From Ostreococcus lucimarinus (taxonomy: Eukaryota): a stretch of DNA of 64,000 bases. Numbering within the stretch: position 1 is the stretch's first letter; each line of letters starts with the position of its first letter. The stretch lies in assembly GCA_000092065.1 (NCBI GenBank), contig CP000583.1, one strand, 5' to 3'. Both the position numbers and the translations under genes were made by a program. Positions 27,071 through 35,195 of this stretch are shown here, piece by piece. Below the pieces are notes generated by a model. That model had not been told where the DNA came from. It saw nothing but the letters and a program-made list of their open reading frames with translations, and did not search any database.

Positions 27071-29716
27071 ATGACGTCGTCCGCGTCGGCGATGTTTGCG
27101 CACGCGACGACGGGCGCGCGCGGCGCGTCGACGGTGCGCGCGCGCGCGAGGACGTCGGTGACGACGACGGGCGCGCGCGCGACGATCGCGCGCGGCGCCG
27201 GGGCGCGGCGAAGCGCGCGCGCGACGGCCGAGGACGGGCGCCGCGATGGAGGGTTTCGTCTCGGGACGGCGACGACGGACGGATGGGCGCGAGCGCGCGC
27301 GATGCGCGGCGAGGGACGAGAGGACAGAGCGGTGATGACGCGCGCGGTGGCGGACGCGGAGGCGGCGCGGGAGGACGACGATAAAAAGTCGCGCGCGAAG
27401 CTCGTGCGAGGGGCGGACGGGAAGTTTTACCGCGAGGGCTCGGAGGGCGGCGGTCGCGGCGGCCGCGGCGGTCGCGGCGGTCGCGGCGGTGGACGCGGTG
27501 GTGGACGCGAAGGTGGACGAGGTGGATTCGGGCGCGGTGCGCGCGGTGGTGCAGGCGGCCGCGGCGATGGGGGTCAACGAAACTTTAGAAACGCGGCCAA
27601 GCCGAGCGGCGGCGGTCGCGCGGGTCGCGGCGGCCGCGGTGGACGACAAGACTTTCGATTCCAAGACGGTCGCAAACCGGGACGCGGCGGTAGACCAAAG
27701 ATGAATATGAGTGGTGCGAGTGGTAGCGATCAAGTGAAACAGCGACGAGGAAGCAAAGCGGCAAAGAGCGCGCAGCGCAAAAAGGCGCTCGAGGAAAACA
27801 GAGCCGTGGCTGTGGAGATTCTCGAAGTTCCCACGGATGGCATGGCGATCGAAGATCTCACCGAACTTCTCGCCACGACGCAAGCGCAAATTATCAAAAC
27901 GCTTTTCATGAAGGGTATCGCGGTTCAAATGGGCCAGTTGCTCGATAAGGAAGCTGTGATTGCCGTGGCTGAGGATATGGAAGTGGAATGGATAGACGAG
28001 GCTGAACAGGGCGTCGCGACGGCGGCAAAGAAGGTGACGCAGTTCTTGAGCGAAGACGACTTCGACTACTTGGTACCGCGAGCACCCGTAGTTACCATCA
28101 TGGGTCACGTCGATCACGGTAAAACATCGCTGTTGGATTACATTCACAAGTCCAAGGTTGCCGCGGGCGAGTCCGGCGGCATCACGCAAGGCATCGGCGC
28201 GTACCAAGTCAGCACCATGGTTGGTGATGAAGAGAAGGATATTACCTTCCTCGACACTCCGGGTCACGAAGCGTTCAGTGCGATGCGTGCTCGTGGTGCG
28301 CGAGTGACGGATATTGCCATAATTATCGTCGCGGCCGACGACGGCGTTCGACCGCAAACGGAAGAGGCTGTATCTCACGCCCGAGCCGCCGACGTTCCGA
28401 TCATCGTCGCCGTCAATAAAATTGACAAAGAAGGCGCGAACGTCGACCGTGTGCGTGATGAACTATCGCGCATCGGTATCATCAGCGAAGAGTGGGGCGG
28501 GGACGTTCCGTTCCTGCCCATCAGCGCCAAGTCTGGCGAAGGTATCGACGAGTTGCTCGAAACTATTTCTCTCACCGCCGAGCTCGCCGAGCTCGTCGCG
28601 AATCCCGATCGCGAAGCTCAAGGTACGGTCATCGAGGCATTCCTCGACAAACAACGTGGTCCGATGGCGACTGTTCTCGTCCAAGCCGGCACTTTGCGCA
28701 TCGGCGATGCGATTCAAATTGGTGGCGCGTATGGCAAAGTGCGCGCAATGGACGACGCAGATGGCACCAAAGTCGAAGAGGCTGGACCATCTATGCCTAT
28801 TCAAATCATGGGCCTCAACGGCGTTCCAGCCGCGGGTGAAGAATTTACCGTCTACGCGTCCGATACCGCGGCTCGTGACAAGGCTGAGCAAGTCCAAAAT
28901 GAGATTCGCAACAACCGCTTGATTGAGGGCAACGTTGTTTCGCTGAGCAACTTGCCGGGCGATGAGGATGGATTACAAAAGATCAATCTCATCGTCAAAA
29001 CAGACGTTAGTGGTTCTTGCGAAGCAGTCAAGGCTGCTCTCAGTGCGTTGCCTCAAGACCGCGTCCAGCTTCGTTTCCTCATGGCCTCTGCAGGCGAAGT
29101 GAGCGAGAGCGACGTCGATTTGGCTTCTGCCTCCGAAGGGATCATCTTGGCTTTCAATACGCCTTGCAGCGACCGAATCGGCGAGATTGCGAAAAAGAGG
29201 AAGGTTGAAGTACGTACTTACGACGTTATCTACGATCTGGTCGATGAAGTTCGTGCGGCAATGGAAGGCATGTTGAGTTCGATCAAGGAAGAAATACCGT
29301 TTGGCAAGGCGACGTGTAAGGCTGTCTTTGGCGGCGGTAAGGCGAAGGTTGCCGGTTGCGAGGTGACTGACGGTTACTTCCAGTCCAAAAAGTACTTGAG
29401 AGTCACTAGAAGGGGCAAAGAAGTGTTCTTCGGTAAGGTCGGCTCACTTCGTCGCGTCAAGGATATCGTCAAGAAGGTTGAGGCTGGCTTAGAATGCGGT
29501 ATCGGCGCCGATCCCGAGTGGGACGGCTTCAAAGCGGGCGACGAACTGGAGTGCTTGGACTTGGTCGATAAGATTCAAACACTCGAAACTGCGAGTGAAA
29601 TTTTGGCAGAACGTGTTGAAGAATACCAAGCTGGTGAGGCCGAGCGTGAAGCCGCGCGAGAAAAGGCCAAGGAAGGTTACCAGCGACAACAACGACGGGC
29701 CGCTCCGTCAAAGTAG
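27071..29716 (+). CDS. Bacterial-type translation initiation factor IF-2 (organellar, probably chloroplast) with transit peptide and RGG/GAR-rich N-terminal extension
   Basis: GTPase domain VVTIMGHVDHGKTSLLDYI...DTPGHEAFSAMRARG...NKIDK, plus the IF-2 C-terminal domains. N-terminus GGGRGGRGGRGGRGGGRGGGREGGRGGFGRGARGG.... ATG at 27071 (MTSSASAMFAH). Confidence 0.85.
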   Translation: MTSSASAMFAHATTGARGASTVRARARTSVTTTGARATIARGAGARRSARATAEDGRRDGGFRLGTATTDGWARARAMRGEGREDRAVMTRAVADAEAAREDDDKKSRAKLVRGADGKFYREGSEGGGRGGRGGRGGRGGGRGGGREGGRGGFGRGARGGAGGRGDGGQRNFRNAAKPSGGGRAGRGGRGGRQDFRFQDGRKPGRGGRPKMNMSGASGSDQVKQRRGSKAAKSAQRKKALEENRAVAVEILEVPTDGMAIEDLTELLATTQAQIIKTLFMKGIAVQMGQLLDKEAVIAVAEDMEVEWIDEAEQGVATAAKKVTQFLSEDDFDYLVPRAPVVTIMGHVDHGKTSLLDYIHKSKVAAGESGGITQGIGAYQVSTMVGDEEKDITFLDTPGHEAFSAMRARGARVTDIAIIIVAADDGVRPQTEEAVSHARAADVPIIVAVNKIDKEGANVDRVRDELSRIGIISEEWGGDVPFLPISAKSGEGIDELLETISLTAELAELVANPDREAQGTVIEAFLDKQRGPMATVLVQAGTLRIGDAIQIGGAYGKVRAMDDADGTKVEEAGPSMPIQIMGLNGVPAAGEEFTVYASDTAARDKAEQVQNEIRNNRLIEGNVVSLSNLPGDEDGLQKINLIVKTDVSGSCEAVKAALSALPQDRVQLRFLMASAGEVSESDVDLASASEGIILAFNTPCSDRIGEIAKKRKVEVRTYDVIYDLVDEVRAAMEGMLSSIKEEIPFGKATCKAVFGGGKAKVAGCEVTDGYFQSKKYLRVTRRGKEVFFGKVGSLRRVKDIVKKVEAGLECGIGADPEWDGFKAGDELECLDLVDKIQTLETASEILAERVEEYQAGEAEREAAREKAKEGYQRQQRRAAPSK

Positions 29717-29792
29717 AGTGCATGTGCGACATAGATAAAATCAAGTTGAACGAATGTGTATAACTAAAACCAACCATTTTTTACAACGTACT

Positions 29793-30331
29793 TCACTCCC
29801 GCCCTGCTTCCTCCTCTCGCTCCCGCGCGCGACGTTTCTCCTCCGCCTTTTTCTTGCGCGCCGCGCCGAGTGCTCGTCTGTCCGCGTCGCTTCGATCCGG
29901 CGCATCGCCCAACTTCACGTTCAACGCGTTCGCGATCATTCTTCGGGCCACCGAAGCGTTCGTCTTCGGTCTCGCCCTCGGCGGTCGCAAATCAAACTCA
30001 GAAACGTCCCCCCTCAGCGTTTCGCTCGTCTCCTCCCACCGCGCGCACCTCGCGTCGCTCCCGAGCGTCCTCGGCGCGCCATCCTCGAGCAACTTTTTCG
30101 CCAGCGCCTCGCTCGCGAACACGCACACCGCGCTCGTCTTCGTTCCCCACGCGATCTTCACCGCGTTCGCGTCTTCGCTCTCGACGATCGCGCGCTCGAT
30201 CTCGCGCGTCTTCGTCGTCGGTCGCAGCCCGAGCAGGACGACGACGTGCGCGGTCGACGTCGTCGCCTTCGACGCGCTCGCGACGTCGAGCGTCCCGACG
30301 CGCGTCGCGAGGTCGTCGACCGCATCGCGCG

Positions 30332-30390
<59 letters not shown>

Positions 30391-30410
30391 GCGCGCGCGC
30401 GCGTCGTCAT
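29793..30410 (-). CDS. Hypothetical protein with an N-terminal (DG)n repeat, a possible RRM-like fold (R3HCC1-like?), and a basic C-terminal tail
   Basis: MTTRARADGDGDGDGDGDGDGDGDGDARD...HVVVLLGLRPTTKTREIERAI.... ATG at 30410. Confidence 0.4.
30333..30390. repeat. (GTCGCC)n hexanucleotide microsatellite, about 9 units, encoding (Asp-Gly)n on the minus strand
   Basis: gtcgccgtcgccgtcgcc... run directly inspected. Confidence 0.8.
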
Positions 30411-30436
30411 ATCGCGTCGCCGCGTAACGACCCGCG

Positions 30437-31216
30437 ATGTCCCGACGCGCGCCCGCGTGCGCGCGCGAGCTCTTCGGCGCCTACGCCGACGGCCCGCGAC
30501 GGGCGACGCCCGATCGCGTCGACGCCGTCGCGCCGAACGGCGAGCGACGCGCGTTCGGCCCGTTCGAGCGCTGGGACGCCGACGAACTCGGAAAAACGCT
30601 TTGCGTGTACGTGTACGACGGCATCGACGGCGTCGACGACGACGCCCTGGTCGCGCTCGCGATGCGCGAATCCCGGGACGCGGAAAGCATGCGCGTGTCG
30701 AACATCGGTGGGTTTCACTCGCAGCCGGACGTGTTCGAGCGAGAGAGGCGCGAGACGCGGGCGCTCGCGGCGCTCGCGGAGCGCGCGTGCGCGCGCGCGT
30801 GGGAGGAAAACGACGCGAAGACGACGTTCGTGAAGTCGATGATGGGGAGAGGAGACCCTGCGAAAGTGAGCACGTCGTGGATAAACGTGTGCGAGCGCGC
30901 GGGTGATGGGCACGGGTTGCATAATCACGCGAACGCGGTTTGGAGCGGGGTGTATTACGCGTCGGCGGGCGATCGAGGCGACGACGACGACGACGTCGAC
31001 GAACCGGGCGATTTGTTGTTGCGCGTCTCCGCCGGTGGCGTCGATCCGATGGCAGACACTAGCACTGGATACTGTACATACACGTGCATTAAACCCAAAC
31101 GTCGGCGTTTGGTGGTATTCCCGAGCTGGGTGCTGCACGGCGTGTTGGCGTCCCCCGGCGGAGCGCCGAGAGTTTCCTTTGCGTTCAACACGGGCGAGAC
31201 GGGGGTGAAGTTTTAG
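30437..31216 (+). CDS. Putative 2OG-Fe(II) oxygenase of the bacterial/marine TIGR02466 / PF13759 type
   Basis: WINVCERAGDGHGLHNHANAVWSGVYYA...VVFPSWVLHGV. ATG at 30437, 26 bp from the divergent ATG of the preceding gene. Confidence 0.5.
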   Translation: MSRRAPACARELFGAYADGPRRATPDRVDAVAPNGERRAFGPFERWDADELGKTLCVYVYDGIDGVDDDALVALAMRESRDAESMRVSNIGGFHSQPDVFERERRETRALAALAERACARAWEENDAKTTFVKSMMGRGDPAKVSTSWINVCERAGDGHGLHNHANAVWSGVYYASAGDRGDDDDDVDEPGDLLLRVSAGGVDPMADTSTGYCTYTCIKPKRRRLVVFPSWVLHGVLASPGGAPRVSFAFNTGETGVKF

Positions 31217-31245
31217 CACATGTAGCAGATATATAGAGATACAAA

Positions 31246-32109
31246 CTATTGCCCACCGCAGCTCGTGGCTTCGTCGTCCATCAAACCCAACGGAGAGTAA
31301 GTTTCTAAAGTAACGCGCTTCGCGTAAGGTCGTTTGTGTACCCACGCCGCGTACGCGAACGCGCTGCCGAGCAAAGCGCCAACGGTGACGTCTTCCCAGT
31401 GGTGCCAGTAATCTCTAATGCGCGTCAAACCGATGAAACCGGCGAGTATGGTTGGTGCTAAAACTATCACTAACTTCCAAATACCCTCCCATCGCCCCAA
31501 TCGACGATCTTGCCCCCCTATTTTCAACCAAGCGGCGAGGTAGAGCGAGCAGTACACGAAGCCGCTAAACGACATCGACGTGTGCCCGCTTGGAAAGCTC
31601 CGCCGTCCTTGCTGCACGACGTCATTCACGCCCGAGCACGAAGGCACACCTACCGAGGCCCACACCTGGTTCCCATCGGGCCAGCATCGCGCGACAAAGT
31701 CTGGTCGAATGCCTCCGATGATGTTTTTCATAGCGCACGTCACGACCCAAGTCAAACCGACGCTCGCGCACAGTCCGCCGATCGCCCGTTCTTTGTGCAC
31801 CGCCGGATTCAACCTCTTCGGCATCAACAGCATGCAAATCAACGGCACGACGAACGCGATGAGCGGCACCACCACCGCCGGCACCGTATTTTCCCCGTGT
31901 GGATACGAATACCGCCACAACAAATCGCCCTGTATGAAGCGTTGATGCGGCGTCGCCACCTCGAGCCACGCCCCGATCCCGAACGTCGACGCGAACAGGA
32001 TCAGATCGATCGCGATCGACCGCGCGCGGTCGCGTCTCATCGTCGCATCCCTCCGTTCGTACACCTCACCGTTCGATCGCGCGCTCGTCGCCCCGACCAT
32101 CGAATCCAT
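31246..32109 (-). CDS. PAP2-family lipid phosphate phosphatase
   Basis: PAP2 motifs KNIIGGIRPDF, PSGHTS, SRIRDYWHHWEDV. Six TM helices. ATG re-anchored to about 32109 (MDSMVGATS...); the upstream part of the 767-aa ORF is arginine-rich repeat-derived. Confidence 0.7.
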   Translation of the reverse strand: MDSMVGATSARSNGEVYERRDATMRRDRARSIAIDLILFASTFGIGAWLEVATPHQRFIQGDLLWRYSYPHGENTVPAVVVPLIAFVVPLICMLLMPKRLNPAVHKERAIGGLCASVGLTWVVTCAMKNIIGGIRPDFVARCWPDGNQVWASVGVPSCSGVNDVVQQGRRSFPSGHTSMSFSGFVYCSLYLAAWLKIGGQDRRLGRWEGIWKLVIVLAPTILAGFIGLTRIRDYWHHWEDVTVGALLGSAFAYAAWVHKRPYAKRVTLETYSPLGLMDDEATSCGGQ

Positions 32110-33020
32110 CGAGAATGTTTTGGATAATCCAACCGCGAGGGAACACGATGTGAGGCGCCGTCGCGGGCGCGCGCGTCGTCGGTCGGTCGACGCACCGACC
32201 GCGCGTTCGTTCGCGTTCGTTCGCGTTCGTTCGCGCTCGTTCGCGCTCGTTCGCGCTCGCGCTCGCCGTCGACCGCGTCGCGCTGTCGCGCCGCGTCCCG
32301 TCGCCGCCGCGTCGCCTCGGCGTCGCCTCGCCTCGCCTCGACGCGTCGGCGGTCGGCGGTCGGCGGTCGGTCGGTCGGGACGCGCGCGCGCGCGGACCGC
32401 GATCGCGATCGATCGCCGCTGTGTGCGCGTCGAAACCGCGATCTCGATCTCGATCGCGCGATCGATAAAAGATAAAAACGCCATCGACGCGAGGGTTCGG
32501 AGGGGAACGACCTCGCGCGCGGACGCCGCACTCGGCGGACGCGGCGCGATGACGCGCGCGTCGAAGCGAAAGGCGGCGGCGCCCGTGGCGACGACGAAAG
32601 CGGGTGCGCGCGGTGCGATGCGCGCGCGATCGCGCGCGCGAGAGACGGGCGCGAGAGACGGGCGAAAAGTCGAACGATGATGGAAACGATGCGTCGCGCG
32701 CGCGCGAACGACGACGCGAACGGGGGGGCGAGGGACGACGAACGGGCGCGCGCGGGCGCGTCGAGCGAAGACTGACGAGCGATTCGCCATCTTGACGCGA
32801 AATAGTGGCGTTGAAAGAGAAAAAGGGCAAGGTAGGCGCGCGATTCGGTCGAGTTCGAGACGCACTTGAAACGGTGCAAATGCGCGTTGAAGGCGAAGAC
32901 GACGACCGATGTCTTGCGGATGCAGCGTCGCGAGGCGCGGTCGCGCGCGAATGGTGTGGGAAAAATATGTGCAAACGCGACGACGACTGACGATTAACGC
33001 GACGAACGCGCGCAGGCATC
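32110..33020. repeat. About 0.9-kb GC-rich intergenic island packed with microsatellites: 10-bp (TCGCGYTCGT)n, 7-bp (GGCGGTC)n, (CG)n
   Basis: Around 32203-32262 tcgcgttcgt x6, around 32347-32378 ggcggtc x4-5, around 32381-32396 (cg)n. Only arginine-rich spurious ORFs on both strands. Confidence 0.7.
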
Positions 33021-33021
33021 G

Positions 33022-33183
33022 GTGAAGAGTGCCGGAAAACAAACGGCGAACGACACTGCGACGTCGAAGCGCAGGACGAGCGACGACCCTTACGACTTCG
33101 ATGTGGATCAGGAAATGTACGGTGTGACCGTAAAATGGGTCAATAAGGGACAAACGACGTCGGAGTGGAAGTTTACGGTGCCG
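33022..33183 (+). CDS. Tentative first exon of the UBL-Myb gene (encodes beta1-beta2 of the ubiquitin-like fold)
   Basis: MYGVTVKWVNKGQTTSEWKFTVP is followed immediately by GTACGT. The downstream ORF lacks any ATG before its UBL helix. The exact splice junction is unresolved because of a frame mismatch. Confidence 0.3.
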
Positions 33184-33235
33184 GTACGTCGAGTTCGCGC
33201 GCGTCGACGATGAACGCGTAAACCCTAATCTGTCT

Positions 33236-33811
33236 TTGAACCCTAGACTAACCGCCGACGCCCTCGAACAGACCGACGCGACGGTGGACGCCTTGCGCGG
33301 CATGGTGCATGAGACCACGGGGGGTGTTTTGACTAAAGATAATATCACTTTGAAGCATAAGAGTCGAACGATGGAACCCACTGACGCGCAGTTGGGATCT
33401 TTTGGAGTCCGCGATGGCTCAGACATCGTGCTCATCCTGAACAACGACGGCCAAGGCGTACCCGCGGCACCAACCATGGTGAACACGCAATTTCCGGGTG
33501 AACCCGTGGCGAAGAAGTCCAAAAAAGCGAAGGATAAGGGTGGCGACAAGAAGCGAGAGCGTTTCTCTCAGAGTGAGGCTGAAGATTTGATCAAGGGAGT
33601 TCAATTGTTTGGTTTGGGGCAGTGGGCGCACATTAAAAGTTCCTTTTTCCAGGACACCTCTCGTAGCGGCGTCGACTTGAAGGACAAGTGGCGCAATCTC
33701 GTAACCGCTTCCGAACGACCGCCTGGTTTCAAGTTTCGTGTGGAGTATCTTAACGACGCTTCGTTTTTGGCCCGCGTCGCGCAAGTGAACGCCGAATCTC
33801 AAGCAAAGTGA
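33236..33811 (+). CDS. Ubiquitin-like domain plus single Myb/SANT (telobox-like) DNA-binding protein (main exon)
   Basis: UBL helix and strands LTADALEQTDATVDALRGMVHETTGGVLTKDNITLKHK...DGSDIVLIL. Myb RFSQSEAEDLIKGVQLFGLGQWAHIKSSFFQDTSRSGVDLKDKWRNL. Confidence 0.6.
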   Translation: MNPRLTADALEQTDATVDALRGMVHETTGGVLTKDNITLKHKSRTMEPTDAQLGSFGVRDGSDIVLILNNDGQGVPAAPTMVNTQFPGEPVAKKSKKAKDKGGDKKRERFSQSEAEDLIKGVQLFGLGQWAHIKSSFFQDTSRSGVDLKDKWRNLVTASERPPGFKFRVEYLNDASFLARVAQVNAESQAK

Positions 33812-33869
33812 GCTGAGACTAATACGCGCGTGTCGGTAACAATGTTCGAAAATGTAAAACTTTACAACA

Positions 33870-34652
33870 TCACCCTATGGGCTTGTTTTCCATCCCTTCC
33901 ATCGGCGTGTCTTCGCTCGCCGTCTTCGCTCGCTTCGCTTCCTTTGTTCCGTCCTCTTGGAATTTCCCTTCGAGCTCGAATCGCGCTATTGACTTCTTTT
34001 GGAAGTTCACAACCGACGCCGTGGCGTCGACGATGAACGCTATAGATTCTAAATACTCTTCCTCAGTCAACGCACCGGTCGTGGAGCACCCGACTATGGC
34101 GATTTCCTCCTTTTCTCTATACTTGCTCAGCGCGCACGCGCGCACCACCGCCCTCGCTTCGTTTTCCTCTCGCTTCGTCGGGTCGATCACCTTCGTCCCA
34201 TCGCTCAATATCGCGCACGCATTCGCACATATCAACCCATGCATGGCCACATCCGCGTCTATGAGCGCGCAACAAAGCGCGTTCACGCACGCCGCCTCGG
34301 CGTTACCGTCGTCGCTCACGATTCGCGCCGTCGCTCGCAAGCCGAGTCTCGGAAAATCATACCGCACCACCGTCGCCTCGATCGCCCCTCGCACGCGCGC
34401 TTCGCACGCTCTTTCTTCCTCTCTCGTCATCCCGCTCGCGCTCGTGAGTTCAAACTCCACGATCCCGCGCTCGACCTCTTCGCGCCAAGGTTTCACTTTT
34501 TGCGGCCCGTGCACGGTGGCGACGACGATCGTACCGTCGATGGCGTACTCCGCGCTCCCGTGCGCGCCCGCGACGTAGTGTCGGTGCAAGCGTTGTCTTC
34601 GCAGCATCTCGCTCGAGCGTCCATCGCCCCGGAGCGCGGTCGCGGGCGCCAT
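33870..34652 (-). CDS. Exosome complex RNase PH-like subunit (RRP46/EXOSC5-like)
   Basis: RNase PH fold signature GSAEYAIDGTIVVATVHGP...RYDFPRLGLRATARIVSDDG. ATG at 34652. Confidence 0.6.
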   Translation of the reverse strand: MAPATALRGDGRSSEMLRRQRLHRHYVAGAHGSAEYAIDGTIVVATVHGPQKVKPWREEVERGIVEFELTSASGMTREEERACEARVRGAIEATVVRYDFPRLGLRATARIVSDDGNAEAACVNALCCALIDADVAMHGLICANACAILSDGTKVIDPTKREENEARAVVRACALSKYREKEEIAIVGCSTTGALTEEEYLESIAFIVDATASVVNFQKKSIARFELEGKFQEDGTKEAKRAKTASEDTPMEGMENKPIG

Positions 34653-34838
34653 GCGCGTCGAGCGCGTCGCCGTGTGACGCCGCGCGTTCGGGCAGTTTCC
34701 GGACGGTCGCGTCGTCGTCGCGCGTCGTCGTCACGCGCGTCGTCGAGTCGATTGAATCTGATCTTAATACAACACGTCCCAACGCGGCGCGACGCGCGAC
34801 GCGCGTCGTCGTCGTCGCGCTCGGCGTTTGGTTCGCCC

Positions 34839-35195
34839 TCACTTTCCTACGATGGGATCGAACAACGACTGATACACCAACGCCGCCGGTTGCATCACCA
34901 CCCCGATGAACAACTGGCTCCCCGCGAACACGACGAACTGAAACCACCCGGGCGGCTTGCCCGTGCGCTCGTCCACCGGCCACCACGGCTCCGGGGCGTC
35001 GGGCTTCGGGACGTAGTTGATCAAGTTTTTCGTCGACCCGCCTCGTCCCTTTGATCCCTTTGACGACGACGACGACGTCTTCGTCCCGCCCTTGGACGTC
35101 GTCGCGCGTCGCACCGCGCGCGCGCCGCGTCGCGGAACGCGCGCCGTCGTCGCGATCGCGCGAGGCGGTGCGCGCGCGCGCGCGACGGACGCCAT
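34839..35195 (-). CDS. Candidate small tail-anchored protein (RAMP4/SERP-like?), uncertain
   Basis: 118-aa ORF with a basic S/G/K/R-rich N-terminus, then PPGWFQFVVFAGSQLFIGVVMQPAALVY (compare SERP1 [22 protein letters not shown]). Its ATG shares the palindrome CGCCATGGCG with the divergent RGP1-like ORF. Coordinates are from the ORF track. Confidence 0.25.
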   Translation of the reverse strand: MASVARARAPPRAIATTARVPRRGARAVRRATTSKGGTKTSSSSSKGSKGRGGSTKNLINYVPKPDAPEPWWPVDERTGKPPGWFQFVVFAGSQLFIGVVMQPAALVYQSLFDPIVGK

